A stretch of 64,000 bases of DNA from Octopus bimaculoides (GCF_001194135.2 NC_068998.1:46670836-46734835), one strand, 5' to 3'; positions 37,177-51,505 are shown, counted from the stretch's first letter. A program made the numbers and translations. The notes: generated by a model not told the origin, from the letters alone.

Positions 37177-37970
37177 GTGTATGTGTGCGTGTGTGCGTGC
37201 GCGTGTGTTTGTAGATATGTATGTATATAGTGGTGCGTGTATATATGATATTTTTATTGAGATTTATTGAAATGCTTCACAAAAATCTAAGCAATCACTA
37301 TGAAAGTGACAAATCCTTTTTTGAGTGAGCCGAGACAACCAGTGATTTGTGAATATAAGTGAGTTAGTATGTGCCTGTGTGCCTGCGTGTGTGTGCTTGT
37401 GTCGGTGTAAGTGTATATATTTTTGTGTATATAATTACATAATTGGTGCATGTGTATCTATATCTCGGTATATATCTGGTTATATTCAAATCCATGTAAT
37501 AGATATAGATGTTTTCGTTAGTAAACGTGTTTGTAGCAAGACAATTTACGAGTGTGTGCATGGGAGTGTATATATATATATATATATATATATGCCAAAT
37601 ACACATGCGTGATTGTGTGTGTGTATATTCATACCAGGAAGCTGTATATATTTCTACACACACGGCTGTTTCCTAAGGCGAGTGTTTATGCTGCCATTTC
37701 AACGTCGATTAAGTTAATTATCCCATAAATATATATTATCTTGCAAATGGCGCCTTTATCGTCCCTCGAAAGTTAATCTCTCTGACATGACTATAATTTA
37801 TATAAGCAACCACTTGGGGTATATAACCGGATAATTTATAGCGATACAGTGTATACACTACTGGCTCATGGTCACCTGACTTAATCACTTACATTCATTG
37901 GATCACTTAAACATGCAACGTCTCTTTCTCACTCTCTCTCTGTCTCTCACCTTTTCTCTTTATATACACG

Positions 37971-38026
<56 letters not shown>

Positions 38027-38282
38027 ATATTGCAAATGGCGCCTTTATCGTCCCTCGATAAAGGGACTGGAGCTTTTGCACTAGAGATTCCGGCGCGAAT
38101 ACCAAGCAGCATATCATGTCATTTCCAAATTTCTGGCAGAGTGAATTGCGTCATGGTGCTGTTTTTCTTACAGATGGTGCCCAACTGACCCTACTCTAGT
38201 GTTTAGTCGACAAAATCAAAAACAACCAATGCGCATGATTGAAATTAAAAAATATAACATGGTGACAATTTACCCATCATAT

Positions 38283-38316
<34 letters not shown>

Positions 38317-39245
38317 TGTGTGTGTGTGTGTGTGTGTATGTGTGTGTGAAATAGAGAGAAAGGTATTGTTGATTATATCGAACAGTATACGTGTTTGGAC
38401 TATTATTCATTGACCTCGAAAGAGTGAAAGAGAAATTTCATATCGCCGGGATTTGAGCTCATGGCAACGTTTCTTTTAATTCATCGCTCTTAACAGTAAC
38501 AAGAATTACAAGAACAACAACAATAATGATTAATACGTACACGTCAGTCTTACAGAATATATTTAGTAAACATACATTTAATCGCTTTATGTATATAGAT
38601 CGCTATTGTTAAGCCCCAGGAGCTTAGGCTGCAAGGATAATGAAACAGGAAGCAAAAGCAAGCGGAATCGATCTGTCGTTCGTGTCGCCAGATGGCGCTA
38701 TTGCCACTGACGGTCAATTTTTGACTGTATTCGTGTTCTACCAGCTATTATACCTACATCTGTGGTCAATATTTCGCTGTAGCTTGGGATAGGATGTGTG
38801 TCTCTTAGAAATCGTTCCTGAATGTTAGGGCAGTGGAAGTTAGAATCACCAGAGTGGTGATGGAAATATCTTGTGATGAATAGTTATATAGATAAGGGGC
38901 AAATACCCTGAAACCAGTCTGTGGATGCGAAACCAGCAAGGGGAAGTTGATGATCTCCCATGTTCAAAGGTGTTATGGACGCAGATTTGTGCGTCATATA
39001 GCTAGATAGAGGCGACCACCTCTCGGAGCTAATCAACAACAGTATTCGTCCTATTTGTCTGGACTGCCACGTTAGTTTAGCAATAAATATTAATAGTTAT
39101 ATTGCTTTAGTGTAAATTTTACATCCGGTCCCCGAGAGAGGGGAGGAAGGTGATCAATAAGATATATAATAGTCCAAGTACTGAGGCTGATTTGATCTAT
39201 TAAGTTCTCACTGTTAAATTTCTGGCCTTGTTGGGAATTTAAAAA

Positions 39246-39310
<65 letters not shown>

Positions 39311-39354
39311 TGTCATCGTCCTCATCATCGTCATCGTCGTCGTCGTCATGGTCT

Positions 39355-39562
39355 TCGTGGCAGAATCATTAGGACGCCGGAGAAAATGCTAAGCGGCATT
39401 TCGTCCGTCTTGACGTTCTGAGTTCAAATGCCGCCGAGGTCGACCTAGCTTTTCATCCTTTTGTGGACGATAAAATAAGTACCAGTTGAGCACTGGGGTC
39501 GATGTGATCGTGTATACCCTTCCTCCAAGATTTCAGGCCTTGTGCCTATAGTAGAAAGGATT
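39355..39562 (+). mobile_element. SINE family A
   Basis: GGCAGAATCATTAGGACGCCGG head through to GTAGAAAGGA, followed by (TTA)n. Confidence 0.9.
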
Positions 39563-39791
39563 ATTATTATCATCATCATCATCATTATTATTATTGTTTT
39601 TTTTAATTTTCTTTCTTCAAATTTTCTTCCATTTCTCGCCGAGTGTTTTCCGTACACCTAGGGCAGAGAAACTCGTATGCATTCCCAGTTTACACACGCA
39701 AATTCACAGGTAAAATATGTATTAAAAAAAAAAAAATAAATAAATAATAAATAAGTAAATTCATGAATGGATGTTGTTTTCACATTATTTC

Positions 39792-39857
<66 letters not shown>

Positions 39858-40239
39858 GTTGCTATTATTATTTGTCTCGCTTCTCCGTTCTTGCTAAGTG
39901 TGTGTATTCAGTTGATACTGATCTTAGTTTAATCTTGTTAATAATTTTTATTGGATTATCTTTTACCAATTGATTGGACATGAAACAAGAGTCTCAACTT
40001 TATTGAAAATAGCTTATGCTGGATAAAAGCTGGCTTATAACCTTAAAAGAATTGACATCGATATAAATACAATAAAACTACATTCAAACTCTTTCTTTCT
40101 CTCACGCACATACATACACATACACAAACACTAACACACATACAAATGCATACATATATTTGGTTACATAGCAACAGGATTCTTTCCAGAGATGAATAAT
40201 TATAAAGGTTTGCATTGGTGACTATTGTTGTGAAATAAG

Positions 40240-40482
40240 CAAGATGTATTTAGATATAATAGTTAGTAGGACAACCAATGTAATGAAATACTGATCGGTT
40301 ATGTAGATATAATAGTTGGTAGTACAACTAGTAGAGTGAAATATTAACTAGATATGTAGCAGTATAACTAGTACAGTAATATACTGACCATATATGTAGA
40401 TATAATAGTAGTATAATCAGTACAATGAAAAATGATCAGATGTACAGATATAGTTAGTAGTACAACTAGTATAGTGAAATAC
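40240..40482. repeat. ~55-bp AT-rich minisatellite, 4-5 units
   Basis: ATGTAGATATAATAGTT..TAGTACAACTAGTA..GTGAAATA recurs. Confidence 0.8.
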
Positions 40483-40598
40483 AGTTCTGTATTTAAGAGA
40501 TGAGGAAGTATGTATATTGTTTACGTTGTTTACATTTGACGGATATTTGTCCTCATCTTGTTTGTTGTTAACACAACGTTTCGGCTGATATACCCTCC
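40481..40598 (-). mobile_element. Truncated dispersed element ending in the 3' half of a hammerhead fold
   Basis: Minus strand GGAGGGTATAT-CAGCC-GAAAC-GTT-GTGTT. Same family as 2488-2570, and the CUGANGA half is absent here. Confidence 0.55.
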
Positions 40599-40600
40599 TA

Positions 40601-40671
40601 GGGCATACGGCGTAGTGGTTAAGAGCGCGGGCTACTAACCCCAAGTTTCCGAGTTTGATTCCAGGCAGTGA

Positions 40672-40675
<4 letters not shown>
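40601..40675 (+). mobile_element. tRNA-head-only mini-SINE followed by (AAT)n
   Basis: GGCGTAGTGGTTAAGAGCGCGGGCT...GAGTTTGATTCC A/B-box-like motifs. The cloverleaf is not intact. Confidence 0.65.
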
Positions 40676-40753
<78 letters not shown>

Positions 40754-40893
40754 CACTTGAACAAAACTGTACAAATCCAAATGTATGGTACCCTAGGCAT
40801 AACACCTACATGAACTTCTAACTTGTTGTCTCTTGAGGTCTCTGGGTGAGACTTGGATCCAACTTGTACAAATGCAAAACAAAAGTCAAACAT
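40754..40893 (+). mobile_element. Probable 3' end of another RLE-type LINE in (AAT)n
   Basis: A unique 140-bp segment with (AAT)n on both sides. Its start (HLNKTVQIQM) weakly resembles the HILRKTLS terminus seen at 48.7 kb. Confidence 0.4.
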
Positions 40894-41891
40894 AAAATAA
40901 TAATAATAATAATATCGNNNNNNNNNNNNNNNNNNNNNNNNNNNNNNNNNNNNNNNNNNNNNNNNNNNNNNNNNNNNNNNNNNNNNNNNNNNNNNNNNNN
41001 NNNNNNNNNNNNNNNNNNNNNNNNNNNNNNNNNNNNNNNNNNNNNNNNNNNNNNNNNNNNNNNNNNNNNNNNNNNNNNNNNNNNNNNNNNNNNNNNNNNN
41101 NNNNNNNNNNNNNNNNNNNNNNNNNNNNNNNNNNNNNNNNNNNNNNNNNNNNNNNNNNNNNNNNNNNNNNNNNNNNNNNNNNNNNNNNNNNNNNNNNNNN
41201 NNNNNNNNNNNNNNNNNNNNNNNNNNNNNNNNNNNNNNNNNNNNNNNNNNNNNNNNNNNNNNNNNNNNNNNNNNNNNNNNNNNNNNNNNNNNNNNNNNNN
41301 NNNNNNNNNNNNNNNNNNNNNNNNNNNNNNNNNNNNNNNNNNNNNNNNNNNNNNNNNNNNNNNNNNNNNNNNNNNNNNNNNNNNNNNNNNNNNNNNNNNN
41401 NNNNNNNNNNNNNNNNNNNNNNNNNNNNNNNNNNNNNNNNNNNNNNNNNNNNNNNNNNNNNNNNNNNNNNNNNNNNNNNNNNNNNNNNNNNNNNNNNNNN
41501 NNNNNNNNNNNNNNNNNNNNNNNNNNNNNNNNNNNNNNNNNNNNNNNNNNNNNNNNNNNNNNNNNNNNNNNNNNNNNNNNNNNNNNNNNNNNNNNNNNNN
41601 NNNNNNNNNNNNNNNNNNNNNNNNNNNNNNNNNNNNNNNNNNNNNNNNNNNNNNNNNNNNNNNNNNNNNNNNNNNNNNNNNNNNNNNNNNNNNNNNNNNN
41701 NNNNNNNNNNNNNNNNNNNNNNNNNNNNNNNNNNNNNNNNNNNNNNNNNNNNNNNNNNNNNNNNNNNNNNNNNNNNNNNNNNNNNNNNNNNNNNNNNNNN
41801 NNNNNNNNNNNNNNNNNNNNNNNNNNNNNNNNNNNNNNNNNNNNNNNNNNNNNNNNNNNNNNNNNNNNNNNNNNNNNNNNNNNNNNNNNNN

Positions 41892-41951
<60 letters not shown>

Positions 41952-42035
41952 CTTTTATAATTTGGATGGGACATTATGCCAATGATAACACCGGCAATAG
42001 TCGTAGATGTCCTATTTATCATTAATTGACTGATT

Positions 42036-42251
42036 AAGGCGGTGAGCTGGCAGAATCGTTAGCACACCGGGTAAAATGCTTAATGATATTCCGCCCGTCT
42101 TTATGATCTGAGTTCAAATTCTGACGAGTTCGACTTTGCGTTTCATCCTTTCGGGGCCGATAAATTAAGTACCAGTCAAGTACTGGGGTCGACGTGATCG
42201 ACTTATTCCGTCACCACAAACTTCAGGCTTTGTGCTTATAGTAGAAAGGAT
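42036..42251 (+). mobile_element. SINE family A
   Basis: AAGGCGGTGAGCTGGCAGAATCGTTAGC head and full body. Confidence 0.9.
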
Positions 42252-42776
42252 CATTAATTGACTGATATGACGAAGTTTTGCGCTACACATCTGTAATCTT
42301 CTCACATGATTTTCCAGTGGGTGTATTTTGTTATACGGGTGTCTGGTATTGAAGTATATTTCTGGTGGCGAGAGCCAGAATGTATGAGTATGACTCAGTT
42401 GCTTTCTTGTATGTTGAATAAATGTAATTTGGTAATGCAATAATGCAATGTGGTTATCGTGCTGTGTGTAGACGTGAATGTGTGTTTCCATTTTCCTCAT
42501 TTATATATATATATATATATATATATGCAAGTGCATGTGTATTTCTATCTGTGTATGTAGATATACATACATGCATACATACATACACACATATGCTAGC
42601 GCGCTCACACACGCACATATGTAGTTATTATCGTTTATAGCTTTATTCTGTCGTCTTTCATTACAGATAATGCCTTGTAGATATGTTTCTGTTGCAGCTT
42701 ATCTGATTCCACGCTTGATATAACCATACTAAATAACTCCATCCATCCATCCATCCATCCATCCATCCATCCATCC

Positions 42777-42827
<51 letters not shown>

Positions 42828-44889
42828 GATCCATGTACGTTGAGCGTGCCCGTCGGCCTGTCTATCCACTAATACTTACGAATGTACATACATATTGCAC
42901 AGATCCACGTTCTGCCCACCCCGTCTGTCTCTCTCACACACATATACACAAGCACATACATTAATATTGTAATGTAAGTATTATATAATAAAATATATTA
43001 CACTTACTGCTAACAATATCTGGCATAGAAGTCAGTACGTTCTACAGACAGGATATACATATTTCTTATATATATTTGTTGATCGTGCACTCTGGGTTTT
43101 GCTCACTGCTGGGCTGCTTTCTACTATAGGATAGAATAAACTGTGTGTAGTTTCATTCTCATCACTTTCCCTCCTCCTTTACCTCACATCTTTCCCTTTT
43201 CTTTCTTTTCTTCTCTTTCTTGTCTCTCCCTAATTTCACAATCCTTCTGTCCCTACCTCTCTCTCCTCTTCTTCCACGTGACCGGTGTTCTACCAAGCCT
43301 GACCTTTCTTTGTTAGTTCGACTACCATCCGTGTAGCATCTCTTTTATTCCTTCCCATGACTTTCATCTCTTATGTTCCTACCGTAAGGCTTCCCTTCCA
43401 CACACGTCAGCTTTTTTTGATATCGTCTTTAGTCGAAAGACACGTGTTGTTAAAGTCCTGTTGTTTGTATTTGTAATTCTGTACCATTTTCCCGTTTTTT
43501 CGTCCTTGTTCTCTTATATATTCGTTTGCTTTCTTCCAAAGAATCTAGCACTCTTAGCTTAGATTTTCTTCGGGCCGGCTTTATTGGAGCAGTCTCTGGT
43601 GTAACTTGCCGAAACTGCAACGACGATCTGGAACTCGACTGACGAAAGAAAGCTCCGAAAGATCCGTGCTTGTTTTTTTCCTGTCCTTTTTTTGTTGTCA
43701 CTTGTTACGTTTATGAAAACGTACTCAATTTCTTCCTGGAATCGATAGCATAGCGATCTTCTATCTAGAGCAGTAGGAAATATATATGTATATATATATA
43801 TATGTATATATATATATGTATATATATATATGTATATATATATATGCTTGTATGTATTTGTTGTTGTTGTTGTTGACAACATAAAAATTTATACTTTCGA
43901 GAGAACGTATAATAGTGTCTTTTGTAATAGTGGATCTCGAAGTACTAACACCTTAAATTCATCAATCCCCCTTTCCACCACCACCACCACCACCACCACC
44001 ACCACCAGCATCATCACCGCCACAAGCATCAACAACATGAACACTATATCTATCGCTAGCATCGTCATCAGCGCTAACACCTCCACTATATCCATCATCT
44101 CCAACACCATCACCTCAACCGCCAACAATAATGGCAGTACTATACCCACCACAGCTTCTGCCTCCACAACCGCCGCCGGCTCCACCACCACCACCACCAC
44201 CTAAAATAGACATCCTCCCGGTGAGGTAGAAATGTAAAAAGAAAATAATGACAGTTTGTGAGATATAATTTCCACCCGGGGTGGGGGAGAACTACCTCTG
44301 TTATCTCTGCTTATGGTGAGTGAATAGTAACGATAGTAGGGTAGATTGGGTAGATTCTCATACACACATACCCCACCGCCGCTGCATGTGCCGACATACA
44401 ACCCCCGCCCATATATATATATAAACAAATAGTAAATGAGTATATGCATATATACGTACAGATGTATATGCACAGTTTTATATAAATACACACAAATATA
44501 AACACACACACACACATATATATATATATGTATATACACATACATATATATATGTGTATATATATATATGTATACACACACACATATATATGTATATATA
44601 CATACAAATATACATACATAATAATACATACATAGTATAGAAATAAATATGTATGTATATTTACATGAATACATAAAAACATGCATACATTCTCACGTAT
44701 ATGTGTTTATATATACGTATGCAGGGGCGTATGTGTGTATGTACGCGCTTACAAGAATGTATATGTTTTTCATCATGTATGTATTTATCTGTCTATTAAT
44801 CAACCGATACTTATAGAATATATATATGCATACACCCCACCCCACACACACAAACGCATATATATCTATATCTATCTATCTATCTATCT

Positions 44890-44956
<67 letters not shown>

Positions 44957-45822
44957 CACGCACATAATATTCGGTTGATGCTTTTTACCATAAGTGTATC
45001 ATTTACATATTCTGAGTAATCAGCCAGTCATATTCGTCTATAATCACCATTATTATCCTATTTGCCATCGTCACCGCCATCATCATCCTCATCACCACCA
45101 CCACCATCTTATCAGCAAATATCTTAATAAACGTGCTATTAATGTAATCAAAATCACGATATCGAGTTACACTCGTTGACACATAGATTCACACATGCAT
45201 ACATACACACATATGCATTCACACATGTACACACGCACATCCTTGCATTCAAACACGTAGATTTACACCCACATACGCACTGACATGCGCAAATACAAAC
45301 AGATATGCCTTCCCTTTTAAAAGTAGTGGAAAGTAGTTTTTCTAGCGAGCGACTTGTTTCTAGGTGCTGTATCATTTTAGTACCAGGAGTGCGTCTCAAG
45401 TACATTGGAGCCCGTGGGGGTGTATCTGTGATGAGATAAAAAAGCATTCCATTTGATAGTATAACCAATCTTTCTTTACTTCAAATACCACACAAGTGGG
45501 TAGAAACACAGCTGTGACTGTCCACTTGTCTGGATGTTTGAAATGCGATATGAATGTAAAGTCTTTGTATAAATAGACCCTCAGCCATACCTATATAACA
45601 TTTTTCCATCACTGTTTAATTCGGTGTGGTTGAAGTGATCTCTGCTTCATGATTTTCCCGGGTCTTAACATATCACTAAATTTAATAGCAGGTGCCTACA
45701 AAACTTTCCATAAAGCCAATAAAACTTTAAGACACCAAAAACTTTTCCTGGAAACCTTATGTAAGTTTTAGAAACGCCATCCAATATTAACTTTAGGGTC
45801 TCCAATACATCCCATTCTAAAC

Positions 45823-46137
45823 AGGCGAGTGGCTTAGTGGTTACGGTATCCAGTTCATGATCGTAAGGTCGAGAGTTCGATTTTCTGCGGTGCGTCGTCT
45901 CCTTGCGCAACACATTTTATTTCTCTAGTTCAGCCAGCTGTCAAAATTGAATAGTACCTGTAATTCAAAGGGCCAGCCTTGTCACATTCTGTGTCACCTC
46001 TGAATCTCCTTGAAGACTACGTTGAGGCACGCGTGTCTGTGGAGTGCTCAGCCAATTGCACGTTAATTTCAGGAACAGGTTGTTCCGTTGAACAGATTTA
46101 CTGGAACCCTCGTCGTCGTATCCGGTGGAATGCCAAT
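45823..46137 (+). mobile_element. SINE family D
   Basis: Matches the reverse complement of 15601-15892. Confidence 0.85.
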
Positions 46138-46972
46138 AAATATATTTTTGACAGGACAGCAACTAATAACAGGTTTCTAATAACCAGTGGCTTTAAGGAA
46201 TAGAACCTAAATAGCCTCTCAAACCAAAATATCCAGAAAAATTATTTGGTTTAATCCACCTTTCTCCCTACATGCGTTTCGTATTTAGAATGTTCGATTT
46301 TGAATACAACACCCTATCGCCTCACATTATCACTCACCGTCAGGAAATCCTTGTGAACTAGTGATTGGTCTGTTAGAAACTTGTAACCAGCAATGATATT
46401 GTTATCCAATTGAGAGATTAATATAAATATTCCCCCAGAGGTTATAGAAGCCACACACATATTACACACGTTATTTACAAGTGAGTACACAACAAATGCT
46501 GTTATAAGTCTCTCATTGGGGCGGTGGATGAGAACAAGAAGATAACAATTGTTTAGATTGTAAGCAGCTTTGTGATAACGTACTTACCTCCTGTGGGTGG
46601 CTTATGTGCATGCCTGCATGCGCGCGAGCGTGTGTACCATTTCCCCCGGTGGAATAAGTAGTGAGATGAAGGGGGGAAGAGTGAAGAATGAAGACCACCA
46701 CTACATGTTTTCTTTTCTCTGAGTAAACTTCACGTCTTCTGCTAAATAGCGCCAGGTAAGTAGAAGCACTAGCATCATAACTTCGTATTCTTTCTTTTTC
46801 CTCCTCTCTCTCTCCCTCGATCAAATATGGTAACTTTTGGGTTGTTGCCCTTTCCCAACATGTTATCTTTATCTCTCCAGTGCATATAAAACAATGTAAA
46901 CACACACATACACACACATATACACACATACACGCAGGCGTATCATAGATATTGTTCGTGTATGTATATTAT

Positions 46973-47190
46973 AGAGGTGGCGAGCTGGTAGAAACGTTAG
47001 CACGCCGGGTGAAATGCTTAGCGGTATTTCGTCTGCCACTGCGTTCTGAGTTCAAATTCTATCGAGGTCGACTTTGCCTTTCATCCTTTCAGGATCGATA
47101 AATTAAGTACCAGTTGCGTACTGGAGTCGATCTAATCGGCTGGCCCCTCCCCCCAAATTTCGGGCCTTGTGCCTAGAGTAGAAAAGAATA
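46973..47190 (+). mobile_element. SINE family A
   Basis: GGCGAGCTGGTAGAAACGTTAGCACGCCGG head and full body. Confidence 0.9.
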
Positions 47191-47372
47191 TATATGTATG
47201 TATATATGCCCACACGCACATACTCTCTCTCATACACACACATATTGTATATATTTTAATACTCCGCTTATGCACAACCACTCAACTCAGGGTGCCCTGC
47301 ATCTTGTAGCAGAAACAGCTGTAAGCTAATGATGTTCATTACGTAATTTTTTGTTCACTTGTCACTGAATTT

Positions 47373-47441
<69 letters not shown>

Positions 47442-47813
47442 GAACGCTTACAAACCTAAGTGTGTATGTGTGCGTGTGTATGTGTGCGTGTGTATGTGTG
47501 TGTGTGCCAGTACACATACGTACACACATACACACATGCACACATGTCAGTATGTAGCATATGTACTGGGGTTGGGCAATCGGTAAAAAATAGATCCCAT
47601 GATGCATTGTAAATACTTTTAAACCCGTTGACCATAAATATTGTCGGAATGACAGAATAACAAAATAACCGAATGTAACGAAATGTAAATGAGGTTGTCT
47701 CTCAGTGAAAGGAATGTTTCAGTTAAAAAAACTGCTTTGAATACATTTCCATGAATTATTCAAATGGAAGCCAAAGGGGTCCTTCAGGTCCTAGCAACAA
47801 CAACAACAACAAC

Positions 47814-48097
<284 letters not shown>

Positions 48098-48541
48098 NNN
48101 NNNNNNNNNNNNNNNNNNNNNNNNNNNNNNNNNNNNNNNNNNNNNNNNNNNNNNNNNNNNNNNNNNNNNNNNNNNNNNNNNNNNNNNNNNNNNNNNNNNN
48201 NNNNNNNNNNNNNNNNNNNNNNNNNNNNNNNNNNNNNNNNNNNNNNNNNNNNNNNNNNNNNNNNNNNNNNNNNNNNNNNNNNNNNNNNNNNNNNNNNNNN
48301 NNNNNNNNNNNNNNNNNNNNNNNNNNNNNNNNNNNNNNNNNNNNNNNNNNNNNNNNNNNNNNNNNNNNNNNNNNNNNNNNNNNNNNNNNNNNNNNNNNNN
48401 NNNNNNNNNNNNNNNNNNNNNNNNNNNNNNNNNNNNNNNNNNNNNNNNNNNNNNNNNNNNNNNNNNNNNNNNNNNNNNNNNNNNNNNNNNNNNNNNNNNN
48501 NNNNNNNNNNNNNNNNNNNNNNNNNNNNNNNNNNNNNNNNN

Positions 48542-48588
<47 letters not shown>

Positions 48589-48596
48589 TAATAATA

Positions 48597-48876
48597 TCGA
48601 ATGTGGAATCTAAAAACAGAAACAATTCCTATCATAGTAGGTGCCTTAGGTATAATAAAAAAATATTCAGACAAATACATAACAAAAACACAGGACTTAC
48701 AAATATATATAACATACAGAAAATTGCACTACTGGGTACTGCACACATCCTACGCAAAACACTTTCAGTACAGTAACCATAAGAGCACCACAGCAAACCA
48801 CATCACATACCCAAGGCGCACAGAGCTGCGCTCAGTAGTGAAGTGAAAGCATGTTATAAAAACAAAACTACTGAAC
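48597..48876 (+). mobile_element. RLE-type (R4/Dong-like) LINE 3' end, same family as 47814-47996
   Basis: RMWNLKTETIPIIVGALGIIKKYSDKYITKT/GLTNIYNIQKIALLGTAHILRKTLSVQ* with one frameshift. (AAT)n lies on both sides. Confidence 0.9.
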
Positions 48877-51245
48877 AATAATAATAATAATAATAATAAC
48901 AACAACAACGGCAGTGGTTGGGCACAGAATCAGTACTGACAAGATGAATGAGTTGAAGAAGTCTTGATCAATAAATTACATTTGTTTCGTGTTGTGTATA
49001 TTTATGTATGTGTCTATGAGCAGATGTATATATGTATATATGTATATATGTATATATGTATATATGTATATATGTATATATTTATGTCTGTAGGAATGTG
49101 TACATATGTATGTTGTGTTCGTGTGTATGTTTGTCTCTAACTGCATATATGTCTCTATGTCTCTATGTTCATGTCTGTATGTGTGTATGTATGTATGTAT
49201 GTGTGCGTGTATGTGTGGGTATGAATGTCTCTAATAAACATTTTAATGGTTATTTTTTTTATGTAGCTCTCTTTTCTGATGACATGAATATATTTTTACG
49301 TTTTCTTCCCCAGATATTTTAATATGTCACAATTTATAACCAAAGTGGAAACGACATCTTTTTAACAGAGATGTGGAACAGTAAAAATATGCAGAACTTA
49401 TCTCAACTTTAAAGTGTCACATTGATTTCGTTATCTACATTCCGGAGATGCAGCTTTGTATGTTGTTAGAAACCAACTCCTTCCTCAGAGGAAAAATTTA
49501 AATAATTGAAAGCAGAAGGCAACATACATACATAAATAGATAGATAGATAGATAGATACATACATACATACATACATACATGCATACATACGTATACATA
49601 GATATGTACATGCATACTGCATATATTTCTATATATTTCTATATAGCGTCTGAGGATGGTTTAGCTGGCTGAAACTTCGAAAGTAAATGTTACAGCCGTT
49701 TCCATTAGTTATTTTAGGGTCATTATTCACTGGCTGACTCAGTCAACTGAACTGTTGAGAAACATTGAACGAAATTTAAAGATACTCTAGTCAGAGTCAT
49801 TTTGTTCTGGTTATAATCATATATATATATNNNNNNNNNNNNNNNNNNNNNNNNNNNNNNNNNNNNNNNNNNNNNNNNNNNNNNNNNNNNNNNNNNNNNN
49901 NNNNNNNNNNNNNNNNNNNNNNNNNNNNNNNNNNNNNNNNNNNNNNNNNNNNNNNNNNNNNNNNNNNNNNNNNNNNNNNNNNNNNNNNNNNNNNNNNNNN
50001 NNNNNNNNNNNNNNNNNNNNNNNNNNNNNNNNNNNNNNNNNNNNNNNNNNNNNNNNNNNNNNNNNNNNNNNNNNNNNNNNNNNNNNNNNNNNNNNNNNNN
50101 NNNNNNNNNNNNNNNNNNNNNNNNNNNNNNNNNNNNNNNNNNNNNNNNNNNNNNNNNNNNNNNNNNNNNNNNNNNNNNNNNNNNNNNNNNNNNNNNNNNN
50201 NNNNNNNNNNNNNNNNNNNNNNNNNNNNNNNNNNNNNNNNNNNNNNNNNNNNNNNNNNNNNNNNNNNNNNNNNNNNNNNNNNNNNNNNNNNNNNNNNNNN
50301 NNNNNNNNNNNNNNNNNNNNNNNNNNNNNNNNNNNNNNNNNNNNNNNNNNNNNNNNNNNNNNNNNNNNNNNNNNNNNNNNNNNNNNNNNNNNNNNNNNNN
50401 NNNNNNNNNNNNNNNNNNNNNNNNNNNNNNNNNNNNNNNNNNNNNNNNNNNNNNNNNNNNNNNNNNNNNNNNNNNNNNNNNNNNNNNNNNNNNNNNNNNN
50501 NNNNNNNNNNNNNNNNNNNNNNNNNNNNNNNNNNNNNNNNNNNNNNNNNNNNNNNNNNNNNNNNNNNNNNNNNNNNNNNNNNNNNNNNNNNNNNNNNNNN
50601 NNNNNNNNNNNNNNNNNNNNNNNNNNNNNNNNNNNNNNNNNNNNNNATATGCATATATGGGTATTGGACATCACCAATGGGGCAAATAGCATGGAATACG
50701 TAAACAGACGAGTGACATATGGAAATACCACGAAAAAAATGGAAAACGGGACAAGTAAACACAGAAAAATGACCCTTCATCAGTTGTCGGCTGTCTATCC
50801 ACTCCTCATTTGAGTAATCAACGACAACATGAGTCTTCAAAGACAGTTTGCTTCCATAAATTCAAAAATAAAATTTAGGATTTATGAAGGGTCAAAGTTG
50901 GGAACAAAAACAGGATACTGGAGACATAGAAGGAAACTGAACGAAAAGAAACATGGAGGGTCGTTAGACCAGAACGAGAGGAAAATAGTGAACGCTGGGA
51001 GAAATAATTTCTTTGAAAAGAGAAAACATAGAAGGGAGAGAAAAAATGTCCTGTCCTTTGAAAGTCTGTGCAAGAAGAGAAGGATGATCATGTGAGGAAA
51101 AGAAAGATGGACGATGGTCATGTGTGAGCAACGGGAGGGAGAAAAAGAGAAAGAGGGGGAAAGAAAAAGAGGCAGAGAAAAATAGAAAGCGGCGAAAGAG
51201 GGAGGAGAGAAAAGGGAATTAGAGGTAAAAAAGGTGAAGATAAAC

Positions 51246-51326
51246 TTACTTAGAAATGGATGTATATATACATGTATGTATGTATGTATGTATGTATGTA
51301 TTACTTAGAAATGGATGTATATATAC

Positions 51327-51359
<33 letters not shown>

Positions 51360-51475
51360 TTACTTAGAAATGGATGTATATATACATGTATGTATGTATG
51401 TATGTATGTATGTATGTATTACTTAGAAATGGATGTATATATACATGTATGTATGTATGTATGTATGTATGTATC
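51246..51475. repeat. Four tandem copies of a ~55-60-bp unit: TTACTTAGAAATGGATGTATATATACAT plus (GTAT)n
   Basis: Read directly. Unit length varies only in the GTAT count. Confidence 0.95.
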
Positions 51476-51505
51476 TACAGTCAAACCTCGGTTATTTGAA
51501 CATGA
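51476..51505. mobile_element. Solo pogo/Tigger-like terminal inverted repeat
   Basis: TA-CAGTCAAACCTCGGTTATTTGAAC. The partner end was not found. Confidence 0.4.

Noticed and set aside
40601-40675. Possible tRNA gene
   Set aside because: A and B boxes are present but the acceptor and anticodon stems do not pair; treated as a SINE head.
43830-44204. Thr/Ser-rich mucin-like ORF
   Set aside because: Degenerate ACC/AAC/ATC trinucleotide tract, also open on the opposite strand; typical low-complexity DNA.
49656-49685. CTGAGGA-T-GGTT-TAGCT-GGCT-GAAAC-TTC hammerhead-like core
   Set aside because: Helix II is mostly G-U pairs and helices I and III cannot form; at best a heavily decayed relic.
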